Below are positions 1-9,862 of a DNA stretch of 64,000 bases, one piece after another. The DNA is from a virus. Its lineage: Duplodnaviria > Heunggongvirae > Uroviricota > Caudoviricetes. The stretch lies in the IMG/VR virus record IMGVR_UViG_2648501802_000002. The stretch is one strand, 5' to 3'. Under the pieces are notes generated by a model. The model saw only the letters and a program-made list of their open reading frames with translations. It ran no database searches and was not told where the DNA came from. The translations under genes were made by a program, and so were the position numbers. Positions within the stretch are counted from its first letter, which is position 1, and each line of letters starts with the position of its first letter.

Positions 1-234
1 ATGAAATCAAAAGACACCCTAAAGTGGTTCCCTGCGCAGCTTCCTGAAGTAAGAATTATCCTAGGGGATGCTGTAGTGGAAGTAGCAAAACAGGGAAGAC
101 CTATCAATACCAGAACATTGCTTGATTACATTGAAGGAAACATAAAGAAAAAATCATGGCTGGATAACAAAGAATTATTACAAACAGCGATATCAGTTCT
201 TAAAGACAACCAAAATTTAAATGGTAAAATGTAA
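1..234 (+). CDS. Hypothetical protein, 77 aa; may be the 3' part of a gene starting outside the window
   Basis: ORF begins at nt 1; no recognisable domain. Confidence 0.3.
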   Translation: MKSKDTLKWFPAQLPEVRIILGDAVVEVAKQGRPINTRTLLDYIEGNIKKKSWLDNKELLQTAISVLKDNQNLNGKM

Positions 235-550
235 TATAATAAACTTACTTTTTTATCATTTTTCCACTTTAACAACATTTTGCTCCACTTTTCCACGACC
301 AAACAACTTGAAATCTGGTTAAAATAACACGCAACACTATTCTTCTTCCTTGAGTCCGCCCGGAACTCGAAAAACAAACCGAGTTAAAGCTATTTTTCAC
401 AAAATCGATTTTGGGTCTCACCAAAATTACGGGGTTGCATACGCATTCGTTTATTTTCGAACGTGTACATACAAACATGCACAAAAATAATCAAAATTAT
501 TTTCTGAGATGCATTATGATATGAACACCAATTTCGTATAGAGTCTCACT

Positions 551-1141
551 ATGTCTCGAATTTTTGCTTACTGTCGGATATCAACGCTGGATCAGACCAC
601 CGAAAATCAACGCCGGGAAATCGAAAGTGTAGGTTTTAAAATCAAACCTCAGCAAATAATCGAAGAACACATTAGCGGCTCAGCAGCAACCAGTGAGCGT
701 CCTGGTTTTAACCGGTTGCTTGCTCGCCTGAAATGTGGTGATCAATTGATTGTGACAAAACTGGATCGCCTTGGTTGTAATGCAATGGATATCAGGAAAA
801 CAGTGGAACAACTGACCGAAACAGGTATCAGAGTGCATTGCTTAGCATTGGGGGGCATTGACCTGACCAGTCCAACAGGAAAAATGATGATGCAAGTAAT
901 TTCAGCAGTCGCTGAATTTGAACGAGACCTTTTACTTGAACGCACTCATTCCGGGATAGTAAGAGCCCGGGGCGCAGGGAAACGTTTTGGTCGACCACCT
1001 GTGTTAAATGAAGAACAGAAACAGGTGGTATTCGAACGGATTAAGTCAGGTGTAAGTATAAGTGCCATTGCCCGGGAATTCAAAACCTCGCGGCAAACCA
1101 TTTTAAGAGCCAAAGCAAAACTTCAGACACCTGACATATAA
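551..1141 (+). CDS. Serine recombinase (resolvase/DNA-invertase family)
   Basis: N-terminal catalytic motif [15 protein letters not shown] motif, C-terminal HTH (GRPP...SISAIAREF); sits beside tail-fibre genes like Gin/Pin/Cin invertases. Confidence 0.85.
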   Translation: MSRIFAYCRISTLDQTTENQRREIESVGFKIKPQQIIEEHISGSAATSERPGFNRLLARLKCGDQLIVTKLDRLGCNAMDIRKTVEQLTETGIRVHCLALGGIDLTSPTGKMMMQVISAVAEFERDLLLERTHSGIVRARGAGKRFGRPPVLNEEQKQVVFERIKSGVSISAIAREFKTSRQTILRAKAKLQTPDI

Positions 1142-1368
1142 AAAATAATCTCGGTGTGAGATGCCTTACGTCTTCCAAGCCCCCTTCCTTGCCGTAAATG
1201 GAAAGATACATCTAATTATAGAATTTATATGTTTTACCCTACGGCAGTGCTGGCCATTCAATATCCTGTGCAGTTGACGTATCAACACGGTTCAGCAACA
1301 CCCGATACTTCTTCCAGGCTTCCCGCAACGAGGTTTCTTCCTCCGTTGCATATACAGCTCACCTTTTT

Positions 1369-1677
1369 TCACCCACGATTAACCAACAGCCAGACCAGCA
1401 GACACGCCACCACCGGCACAGCAAAATCCATCAGGCTTGCCACATCCCACGCGCGCGGATCAAAACCGCCCCACCACGGCATATTCATTCGCTTGCCATG
1501 CCCGAACATTTCAATCCAGCGATATTCTGCCTGGGTGTGTTCACGCGCAATGAAGAACGTACAACCGGCTATCGCCCCGTAAGCCCAGTTCCCGGTAAAA
1601 AGACCAATCAGTAGCTGCGCAGCCACAGCACAAAGCGCATGAAGGAAAGGTGTTATATCCATTTTCATCCTACCCAA
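1369..1677 (-). CDS. Hypothetical membrane protein, 102 aa
   Basis: Hydrophobic segments; the overlapping plus-strand ORF 1229..1582 looks non-coding. Confidence 0.35.
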   Translation of the reverse strand: MGRMKMDITPFLHALCAVAAQLLIGLFTGNWAYGAIAGCTFFIAREHTQAEYRWIEMFGHGKRMNMPWWGGFDPRAWDVASLMDFAVPVVACLLVWLLVNRG

Positions 1678-1698
1678 TAAAACGGGGCGCTCGGCCCC
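1670..1698 (-). terminator. Putative rho-independent terminator after tail-fibre operon
   Basis: GGGGC/GCCCC stem (1684-1698) followed on the minus strand by a U-rich tract. Confidence 0.45.
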
Positions 1699-1704
1699 TT
1701 AATA

Positions 1705-2745
1705 TTATTTAGACGCAAGCGCCGCCTCAATTGCAGATAATCTTTGTCTTAATTCTGCGTTTTCTTCTTCCAGTGCTGTTATTCTGTCGTCTGACTCTCT
1801 GGCTACCTGAACAAGCAAGCCAGTAACACCAGAATAATCTACTGTGTAATAACGTTCACCTTCTTCACCTTCCGATCCGCTTGCACCGTCCTGATATTTC
1901 ATTGCGGAACCTACAACTTCTGGGATTGCTTCCAGAGCTTCCTGTGCAATGACACCAGCATAGGGCATACCGTTTTCTTTAAGCGTGTATGTATAGCCGT
2001 TCATTTTACGGATGCGGTCGGTTGCATTATCGATCACCTGAATGTTGTCTTTCAGATCCCGGTCGGAATGCTGGTTAAATGCGGTGGCATGACATGCACC
2101 ATTAACGCTTAACATATAGGTGTTATCGGTATTTTTCTGCGCATAGAACATATAAGCGCCACCATCAACACCGACTTCATAAACAACAGGACGGCTGGTG
2201 TTGCCCCACAATTGAGCAGTAACACCAGCATAAGCGGTTCCCTGTGTGTTTAATGTCATGGTTGACCCATGATTGGCATATTTGATCTGTAATGTGTCGG
2301 TGTAATCAAATTTAATAAGCGCGCTACTTCCACGCTTGCTGTATGACATAAGGCAGTTACCCATTTTGAGGTATCCGCTGTCACCGGGAAAAATCATCGT
2401 ACCGCCATAAAGGTTGGTAAAGTCCCAGCAAATGTTTGTCCCGTTATCGTTCAGGTTAAGGCGCGCCATTGCGTTACCTGGACTGTCTATCCATTTTTTG
2501 AGGTATAGTTCGCAATACGCATCCTCAACACCTGCCGTCCTGTGAGTTGAGCGGAGTTTTCTCCCAAATATAGCTCCGCTAGTTGGCAATACCTGCTGAT
2601 ACCATGAAGCAGACCAGTCACCAACGATTTCATCTTTGCTGTCTACATATAATTTTGTTGCGTAGCTTCCTTGATCGTTTTTTAATTTGCTAACGTCGGA
2701 TTTTAGCGTTTTGATGTCATCAGGAATTACTGTCGATGTAGCCAT
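1705..2745 (-). CDS. Tail fibre/tailspike protein with C-terminal intramolecular chaperone (peptidase S74-like) domain
   Basis: C-terminus SDRDLKDNIQVIDNATDRIRKMNGYTYTLKENG...AGVIAQEALEAIPEVV matches the auto-processing chaperone domain of endosialidase/L-shaped tail fibres. Confidence 0.6.
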   Translation of the reverse strand: MATSTVIPDDIKTLKSDVSKLKNDQGSYATKLYVDSKDEIVGDWSASWYQQVLPTSGAIFGRKLRSTHRTAGVEDAYCELYLKKWIDSPGNAMARLNLNDNGTNICWDFTNLYGGTMIFPGDSGYLKMGNCLMSYSKRGSSALIKFDYTDTLQIKYANHGSTMTLNTQGTAYAGVTAQLWGNTSRPVVYEVGVDGGAYMFYAQKNTDNTYMLSVNGACHATAFNQHSDRDLKDNIQVIDNATDRIRKMNGYTYTLKENGMPYAGVIAQEALEAIPEVVGSAMKYQDGASGSEGEEGERYYTVDYSGVTGLLVQVARESDDRITALEEENAELRQRLSAIEAALASK

Positions 2746-2754
2746 TTTTCTTCC

Positions 2755-3036
2755 TCACATCCAGCCACGAAGTTGATGCTCAACAGCAACCACGTATTCA
2801 TCGAATAATGACGATATTTGCGAATCATTAATGATGCGCACGTTTACAAAATATCCGTCTTCCTTAACACATACCGGTTCGCCATCTTCAGTCAGTTCTC
2901 CGGTTTCTTTGTACACGTTACCTATCACGTCAATAAGAATATCATCCTGCATCGACTCGTCATCATAATAGCCAGTGCTATCCATAAAGGCCGAAAAGTC
3001 GGCCCTGTCGGCAAATTTGAGTGTTAAATCTTTCAT
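2755..3036 (-). CDS. Hypothetical protein, 93 aa, between the two tail-fibre genes
   Basis: ORF abuts stf; acidic; no family recognised. Confidence 0.35.
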   Translation of the reverse strand: MKDLTLKFADRADFSAFMDSTGYYDDESMQDDILIDVIGNVYKETGELTEDGEPVCVKEDGYFVNVRIINDSQISSLFDEYVVAVEHQLRGWM

Positions 3037-5411
3037 TAGATTGACTCCCCCACCTGAGCATCAGTCAATGCCTTGTGCCATATTCTGAAATTCCTGACAT
3101 GACCAAATAAATGACGTAACCCGGCTGTAGTCTGGCCTCCAATACGGATAATTGCGGTGTTCTGAATACAGGACCATGTGGTTTTTGTTTCGCTGGATAT
3201 ATGCCCGTTACTTACTGAGCACGTAGACTGCTCTGACTTTACACGCATCCCCATAACCATTTTTTCAAGCGATGCGTTTTCGTTTACCCGTCTGTTAGCT
3301 CCTCCAATATCGCAATAAGGAAATCCGTCGTAATCTGTTGAACGACCGAAGCCAAGAATAATAGCCGCTCCGGTTTGATGACCGCCGGTATCAAAAACAC
3401 GTGGCGCTGCATTTGGCGTTTTATACCAGTTCTTATGTACCTCACAAAGAACCGTAAAAGGAAGATTATAAAGATTATTCTTAATTGGAACTGTAACTAT
3501 ATCGCTTGCGCGGGTCGCCGCCGTCGCTCCTGATATAATAAAAGATGATACACAAGGCCCATCTTCTACTTGTGGGGTGGCCAGATAAATATAGTCACCA
3601 GATACGGTTGCCCCGCTCTGCTTAGGAGAATACTGTATCTGAGAGCCTATTTTTAGCTCCCCATCAATTGCCTGAATTGTTGCCTCTGCAAAAATCCATC
3701 CGGTAGCTTCGTCCTTTCTGACTCTCGCTGTAATCCTTGAGGCAGCACCGCCTGTCATATTAATTTCAAGCGTTTGTGTATCAATATACGCATCACCAAG
3801 AAAAGTTGTTGCGCTACCGTCATATTTATCAAACCGGATACGCAACCTTACCTGCAGTTCTGTTTTAAAACGACATGAGGTTGTCACGTGTTTATTATCG
3901 CCTGAGACATCAACTGACTTTGTTGCAGCAATTGATGCCATATTAATGGCTGAGGTTTGCCCAATCAGAGAATCGTTGCAGACAAACTTTCCATAGGTAA
4001 AACCAAAATTATCCGTCCCTGTTTCGGGCACATCCATATTTGAAGATCGCCCCCAACTGGCAGGGCTTTCCGAATTGAGCATGTAGTTTGTTCTTTGCCC
4101 CTCAATAAGCAGGCCATCACGTTCAAATCGTGGCTCGTCAATGGCAGCCTCTGTCAGCACACCAGATTTGTTAATATAGGTTGCTTTCGATGCACGTTTA
4201 AACTTAACAATCTTGTCGCCAGGCATCGTTATTTCATCGTCACCAATAACAATTTTTTTATATGACGGCGAAAAGCCCGTAATCATATCCAGCGAATCGT
4301 TAAATGGTATCCACACATCAGGCAGCGGCTGTAAGACATATTTATACGGCTCCGCAGCCTGGCTTGCGTACTCTCTGGCTGCATCTTCGCTTGCTTTAGC
4401 TGCCGTCTGGCTTGCTGCCGATGCTTTCGCTGAGTTCGCAGCCGCTGTTTCGCTCACCTTTGCGTTGGTTTCACTGGTTTTTGCTGCTTTTTGACTGTTA
4501 GCTGATGCAGTGGCAGAAGCAGCCGCCGCGCTTGCAGAACTGGCTGCGGCACTCTCGCTTTGAGCCGCTGCATCCTGACTGCTTTTCGCCGCAGTTTCAC
4601 TGGCTTTGGCATTCGTTTCACTGGTCTTCGCTGCCGTCTGGCTGGACTTTGCGTTAGTTTCACTCGTCTTCGCAGCTTTCTGGCTGTTAGCCGTAGCAGT
4701 TGCTGATCCAGCTGCTGAAGTCGCAGAACCGGCTGCCGCGCTCTCGCTTTGGGCTGCTGCAACCTGGCTGTTTTTTGCCGCAGTTTCACTGGCTTTGGCA
4801 TTCGTTTCGCTGGTCTTCGCTGCCGTCTGGCTGGACTTTGCGTTGGTTTCGCTCGTCTTTGCGGCTGTCTCGCTATTTTTCGCGTTGGTTTCTGATTTTT
4901 TAGCTGCTGTTGCGGAGTTTGCCGATGCAGTCTGCGAGGCCGCTGCCGCCTGTGCGCTGTTAGCTGCATTCGTTTCTGAGGTTTTCGCCGCGTTCTTCGA
5001 TGATGCCGCTGCAGTTTCGGATTTCTTTGCCGCCGCTGCGCTCTGAGAGGCGGCTTCAGCGTTGCGTGCCGCTTCTTCCACCATTTCCTCAAAACGACGC
5101 AATGCCTCCGGCATGACATCATCTTCCGTCATGGCACCGAGAAAATCATTCAGCGTACCTGGTCTGGAACCTTCATAGACGGTAATGGTCCCGGCATGTG
5201 AAGGCGGAAAACCTTCAACCAGCAGGGTGACGCTGTACTGACCATACTCAACATCCATGCTGTAACGCCCGGCTTCATCCGGATTTTCAGAGGCCACCGT
5301 GTTCACCAGTACCGTGGTGCTGTTACGCTTTGCCTTCAGTTGAATAGTGCAGTTCTGTATTGGTTTTCCCGCACCATCTTTCAGCACACCTGAGATTTTT
5401 ACTGCTGCCAT
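3036..5411 (-). CDS. stf: Side tail fibre protein (lambda Stf-like)
   Basis: N-terminus MAAVKISGVLKDGAGKPIQNCTIQLKAKRNSTTV... matches lambda Stf; likely ATG at 5411 with GGAG 5 nt upstream (ORF-track GTG at 5417). Confidence 0.85.
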   Translation of the reverse strand: MAAVKISGVLKDGAGKPIQNCTIQLKAKRNSTTVLVNTVASENPDEAGRYSMDVEYGQYSVTLLVEGFPPSHAGTITVYEGSRPGTLNDFLGAMTEDDVMPEALRRFEEMVEEAARNAEAASQSAAAAKKSETAAASSKNAAKTSETNAANSAQAAAASQTASANSATAAKKSETNAKNSETAAKTSETNAKSSQTAAKTSETNAKASETAAKNSQVAAAQSESAAAGSATSAAGSATATANSQKAAKTSETNAKSSQTAAKTSETNAKASETAAKSSQDAAAQSESAAASSASAAAASATASANSQKAAKTSETNAKVSETAAANSAKASAASQTAAKASEDAAREYASQAAEPYKYVLQPLPDVWIPFNDSLDMITGFSPSYKKIVIGDDEITMPGDKIVKFKRASKATYINKSGVLTEAAIDEPRFERDGLLIEGQRTNYMLNSESPASWGRSSNMDVPETGTDNFGFTYGKFVCNDSLIGQTSAINMASIAATKSVDVSGDNKHVTTSCRFKTELQVRLRIRFDKYDGSATTFLGDAYIDTQTLEINMTGGAASRITARVRKDEATGWIFAEATIQAIDGELKIGSQIQYSPKQSGATVSGDYIYLATPQVEDGPCVSSFIISGATAATRASDIVTVPIKNNLYNLPFTVLCEVHKNWYKTPNAAPRVFDTGGHQTGAAIILGFGRSTDYDGFPYCDIGGANRRVNENASLEKMVMGMRVKSEQSTCSVSNGHISSETKTTWSCIQNTAIIRIGGQTTAGLRHLFGHVRNFRIWHKALTDAQVGESI
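4430..5000 (-). repeat. In-frame tandem repeats inside stf (about 160-bp unit, about 3 copies) encoding Ala/Ser/Thr-rich AAKTSETNAKSSQTAAK... units
   Basis: Repeated protein blocks ANSQKAAKTSETNAKSSQTAAKTSETNAKASETAAK; boundaries approximate. Confidence 0.5.
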
Positions 5412-5420
5412 ATCCACTCC

Positions 5421-5450
5421 ACAAAAAAGCCCGCCTGAACCGGCGGGCTG
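5421..5450 (-). terminator. Rho-independent terminator between lom and stf
   Basis: Stem agcccgcc/ggcgggct followed by TTTTTT on the minus strand. Confidence 0.5.
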
Positions 5451-5475
5451 TCATAACACTGTGTTACCTGGCTAA

Positions 5476-6075
5476 TCAGAACTTATAACCGACACCCACG
5501 ATGAAACCGTCAGTGCGCCAGTCGCCACTGCCGGAGCCTTCATAAGCAATATCAATGGCCACGGATTCGGTCGGGTTAAACTGCACGCCAGCTCCCCACG
5601 CCAGAGACGTGTTGCTGTGGCGATCGTCATCACTTCCGGTCAGCACATCGTGCGTTTTCCCCTTGTTGTCAGTTACGCGGAGATAATCCCCGGAGAACGT
5701 CGAAACACGGCTGTAAGCCACACCTGCCATCGCATAAGCACTGAACCATTCATTCACGCGTACAGATGGCCCCGCCATCATGCTGAACCAGCGGTTACGC
5801 ACTGAATCTTCATGCCAGCGGGTATCGCTGTAATGCGTTTTTTGCTCATCTTTGGCATTGGCATAACTGAATGACGTCACCAGCCCCAGCGTGTCCGTAA
5901 ATTCATAACGGTATTTCACGTTAATGCCCTTCAGGTCATCACTGCCTGGCATATCAGTATGGGCCTGAAGATACCCGGCGCTTAGTGTGGACTGATGCTC
6001 TGCTGCGCTCGCTGGCGTACCAGCGGCAACCAGCCAGACTACTGCGGACAGAATAACAGCACATAATTTACGCAT
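5476..6075 (-). CDS. lom: Outer membrane protein Lom (Ail/Lom/OmpX family)
   Basis: Signal peptide plus beta-barrel OMP sequence closely matching lambda Lom; ends ...GVGYKF. Confidence 0.9.
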   Translation of the reverse strand: MRKLCAVILSAVVWLVAAGTPASAAEHQSTLSAGYLQAHTDMPGSDDLKGINVKYRYEFTDTLGLVTSFSYANAKDEQKTHYSDTRWHEDSVRNRWFSMMAGPSVRVNEWFSAYAMAGVAYSRVSTFSGDYLRVTDNKGKTHDVLTGSDDDRHSNTSLAWGAGVQFNPTESVAIDIAYEGSGSGDWRTDGFIVGVGYKF

Positions 6076-6142
6076 AATTACCTCTCGCTTTTCTGCAATA
6101 AAAAAGGCGTCATTTCTGACGCCCGTATTGGGGTTATAAAAT

Positions 6143-9100
6143 TCAGCTGATACTGATGCCTGCGGTGGCTTTCTTCATCACCACAACCAGCAAATCGCTG
6201 ATACTTGCTGTGGGATACCAGCCATTTACCCACCATGCTGATACCGAAAACTCCAGTGTCATTACGCCACTGCCTGCAGGCATATCAATAACACCCGTGT
6301 AAATCAGAGTATTATCCAGAGCCGTTCGGTTATAAATTTCAGCCCCGTTTTTCTTCACTATCAGGCGGCATGACGAATAAGTATCGCTATTCTCCCGTTC
6401 ATGTCTGGCACCGCTGAAAGCCACCGCCGGGATAACAATTTGCCGGTCAAACGGCTGATCGTCATAAACCCTGACGGTAATGGTCCCTGATGGCCACCGT
6501 TCCGGTGCACGGGAGTCACGGGGGAAAGCTTTGCCCACTGTTTTAACGAGATCGCCTTCAATCTGGTTCGCGGACAGTTTTCCCAGAACCCGGCAGTTCT
6601 CGTTAATCGTGACGTTGTTGAGCGTCCCGGAGTTCGCATTCACGTTACCGCTGATATCGGCATTTTTTGCCGTCAGCCGCCCGTCCGGTGTCAGGGAAAA
6701 TGCCGGAGGATTACCGCCGCTGGTAATGGTGGGAGCCGTCAGATATTTCAGGAACACTTCATTCATAAATATCTGATCGCCCTGACCAACAAACATCGGC
6801 TTTGTGTTGCCATTCGCAGGATTAATCATCGCAATCCTGTCCGCCGCCAGCAGCACCTGACTCTGCATACCGTCAGGGGTATTCTCAATACCGGCACCAA
6901 TACCCGCGATATAAAGGCGTCCGTCCTGCATCTGCTGCAGCTTCACAGCCCACATGCTGTTCAGGTTATTATTTGTATCAACCTGAACCTTCTGTATCTG
7001 CTGAATTGCCGCACTCTGGTCTTCCAGTTTCTTATTGACGGTCTGCGTGATTTCATTGCTGACATCCGTAATGGACGTCCTGATTTCAGCCAGGTCAGGC
7101 GCAAGCTGACCGTTATCAATCTGCGTCCACAGCTCCTGAGCCAGATGGCTTTTCCCTATCTCTCCTTTGAAAAAATCCAGATAGCCGGATGCATCATCAC
7201 TCGGCTGGCCAACAGCCTCCACAAATGCCGATTTGCCAACGGTGTTCACACTGCGGATGTAAAAATAATAATCATGGCCCGGTTTGATATTGATACTGGC
7301 GGCTATCCAGTACAGCGCCGTGCCAAGATAGCGGGCTGTGGTTTCAACCTGCCTGATATCGGTAATCCGCTTTTCCGAGAACCAGAACTCAAACTGTACC
7401 GTCGGGTCATAAATGGCAAGATGCGGCGTGGCGGTTATCTGAAAATAGCCCGGCGTCAGCTCAATCCTCGACGGTGCTGCCGGTGCGGCAATCCGGAACG
7501 ATACCGACGCCGCATCGCCCTGCTGCCCCCACGCATTTACCGCCCGGACTGTCAGCCTGTAGTTCCCCAGCGCCAGTTGCGTGAAGCGGTATGTGGTTTC
7601 CGTCGTCCGGGCCGTGCTGACCAGCCGCTCACTGCCGTCGTCCGCTGTTACGGTCAGACGGAGCAGGAAGCTCACGCCCTTCACCACCTTCGGTGTGTCC
7701 CATCGCGCCAGCACCTGATATTCCCCGCTGTCTGCAGTGACTTCTGCGGTCAGGTGCTGCACCGCTGGCGGCGTGACACCATTCACCGTGCCACTCTGTT
7801 CGCCGTCAAAGTGCGCCCCGTTATCCACGATGGCCTCTTTTTCCGGCACATGCTGCACGGCGGTGATGGCATACGTGCCGTCGTCGTTCTCACGGATACT
7901 CACGCAGCGGAACAGGCGCTGGCGCAGCGTCGGCAGCTTCAGCCCCCATACGCTGTATTCAGCAACACCCTCAGGAACACGGCTCACTTTTACCTTCACG
8001 CCGTCGTTGACGGACTGAACCTCCACGCTGACCGGATTGCCACTTCCGTCAACCAGGCTTATCAGCGTGGTACCGGAGGATGGCAGCGTGATTTCACGGT
8101 CGAGCGTCAGCGTCCGGGTCTGGCTGTTCACCGCCAGCACACGACCACCGGTGCTGATACCGGCATAGTCATCATCGCAGATTTCAATAACATCGCCCGG
8201 TACATGGCGAAGCCCTTCTGCGCCGACGCTGAAATCCACGGTCTGCGTCTCCAGCAGCTCCGTTTTAATCAGCCACAGCCCGGCGCGGTGTGCCTGCCCC
8301 CGGCTGGTACAGCCAAAGGCATCCATCTTCGTAACATTACGACCGTAACGGGCAATGGCCTGCGTATCTTCAACAAGCTCTGTCGCCGTCTCCCAGCCGT
8401 TGTCCGGGTCAATCCAGTTCACCTCAACGGCATTATGGCGGTCTTTCAGGGCGCTGAAGCTGTAGCGGAACGGCGCGCCATCATCCGGCATCACCACATT
8501 ACTGCGGTTATAGGTCCACGCCTTATCCGACGGTCGGTCCTGCACGAACGTCAGCGTCTGCCCGTTCCATACCGGCATACAGCGCATCGCCGAGCAGAAA
8601 TCACTGAGAACGTCCCACGCCTTGCGCTGTGTGGTCAGGTACGCATTACAGGTGATGCGCGGCTCCGTGCCGCCAAAGCCGTCCGGCACTGACTGGTCGC
8701 AGTACTGGCCGATGACATACAGCGCCCATTTGTCCACATCCGCCGCACCAAGACGTTTCCCCATGCCGTAGCGCGGATGGGTCAGCATATCCCACAGACA
8801 CCAGGCCATGTTGTTGCTGTATGCTGGCTTAAACGTTCCGTCCCAGATACCGCTGTATTGTCGCGTCTGCGGGTTATAGTTCGACGGCACCTGCAGAATG
8901 CGCCCGCGAAGATGATAATTACGACTCACCTGCTGGCTGCCGAACTGCTCCGAGTCCACCTGTACGCCGACCAGTGCCGTGTTCGGGTAGCACTGTTTCA
9001 CATCGATGATTTCGGTGTATGACGACCAGAGCGTTTTGTTCTGCAGCTGGTCTGTGGTGCTGTCCGGCGTCATCCTGCGCATCCGGATATTAAACGGGCG

Positions 9101-9409
9101 CGGCGGCAGGTTATCCACCACCACCGAGGCCAGATACTGCGAGGTGGTTTTGCCTTTAATGGTGATGTCTTTTTCCGTCACCCAGCCACCGTTACGCTGT
9201 ATCTGAACCAGCAGGCGGACTTCCGACGGATTCCGGTCCCCCTTTGAGGTGGTTTCCACCAGTGCCTGCACACCGAAGGTAAAGCGCAGACGGTCGATGT
9301 TTGCAGACGTGATGGTCCGGGTAATCGGCGTGTCGTACTTCACTTCCGTACCCAGCACCGTCTCGGAGCCGGAGGATTCAAATCCCTCCGGCGGTGGCTG
9401 TCGTAGCAA
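6143..9409 (-). pseudogene. J: Tail tip host-specificity protein J, 5'-truncated (about first 45 codons missing)
   Basis: Matches lambda J from [21 protein letters not shown] onward; upstream codons diverge and hit an in-frame stop at 9425-9427; ORF-track start is a TTG. Confidence 0.8.
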
Positions 9410-9513
9410 ATTCTGCGACCGGGTTTAGCAGCCTGAATGATTGTGCGGACAGCCGCAGATATCCGATATTGCGGTATTTTTGTGTCCGTAAAACCGCGTT
9501 ACGCCCAAATTAT

Positions 9514-9590
9514 GGTGGGGCGTGATGGGGAGGCTTCGGCCTGCTGGTTTCACAATCGCCAGTCTGCTAACCCCGTCACGTCCTGCCACC
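9514..9590 (+). ncRNA. c4: Candidate c4-type antisense RNA (immI)
   Basis: 77-nt element closed by GGTGG...CCACC; contains cacaatc and ctgctaac complementary to gattgtg/gtttagcag copies upstream (9423-9445) and at the icd RBS (9592-9632). Confidence 0.45.
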
Positions 9591-9640
9591 TGTTTAGCAG
9601 CGGGTAGCAGGTTGTTAAACCTGATTGTGAGGCCGTAACT

Positions 9641-9862
9641 ATGGTTAATGCCAATCCTTGCGCACGCCCAGAATTCATCTGGCGTTTCTATTCCTGTAAA
9701 AAACACCACTATCACTTCGTTATCGCAGCAACTGAAGACGAAGCACGCTCTCAATTGCCTGATGGCCCCTGCATTTTTACTGCCCGTTTTTCAACTAACT
9801 CGCGCAATTCACTTAGTTACTGGAACCTCCCCTTCTCTGCCGACGTTCAGGGGGGTTTATGA
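9641..9862 (+). CDS. icd: Icd-like small protein upstream of antirepressor
   Basis: 73-aa ORF overlapping ant start (ATGA), preceded by c4-like targets; layout as P1 immI. Confidence 0.55.
   Translation: MVNANPCARPEFIWRFYSCKKHHYHFVIAATEDEARSQLPDGPCIFTARFSTNSRNSLSYWNLPFSADVQGGL

Larger units (their letters stand above)
1..9424. mobile_element. Lambdoid prophage remnant (tail-fibre module: J', lom, stf, tail-fibre genes, serine recombinase)
   Basis: Minus-strand J-lom-stf synteny as in lambda; J lacks its N-terminus and all upstream tail genes; ends at junction near 9390-9425. Confidence 0.7.

Noticed and set aside
1229-1582. 117-aa plus-strand ORF opposite the 102-aa membrane ORF
   Set aside because: Pro/Arg/Ser/Thr-rich translation with no RBS; the minus-strand frame is more protein-like, though itself low confidence.
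4454-5122. ORFs 4454..5122 (-), 4606..5046 (+) and 4213..4494 (+) inside stf
   Set aside because: Low-complexity translations (runs of R/Q/K or A/L/F) produced by the in-frame tandem repeats of stf; no independent signals.
7145-8692. 515-aa plus-strand ORF antisense to J
   Set aside because: Lies entirely within the well-supported minus-strand J gene; Arg/Pro/Gly-rich, typical of antisense frames in GC-rich coding DNA.
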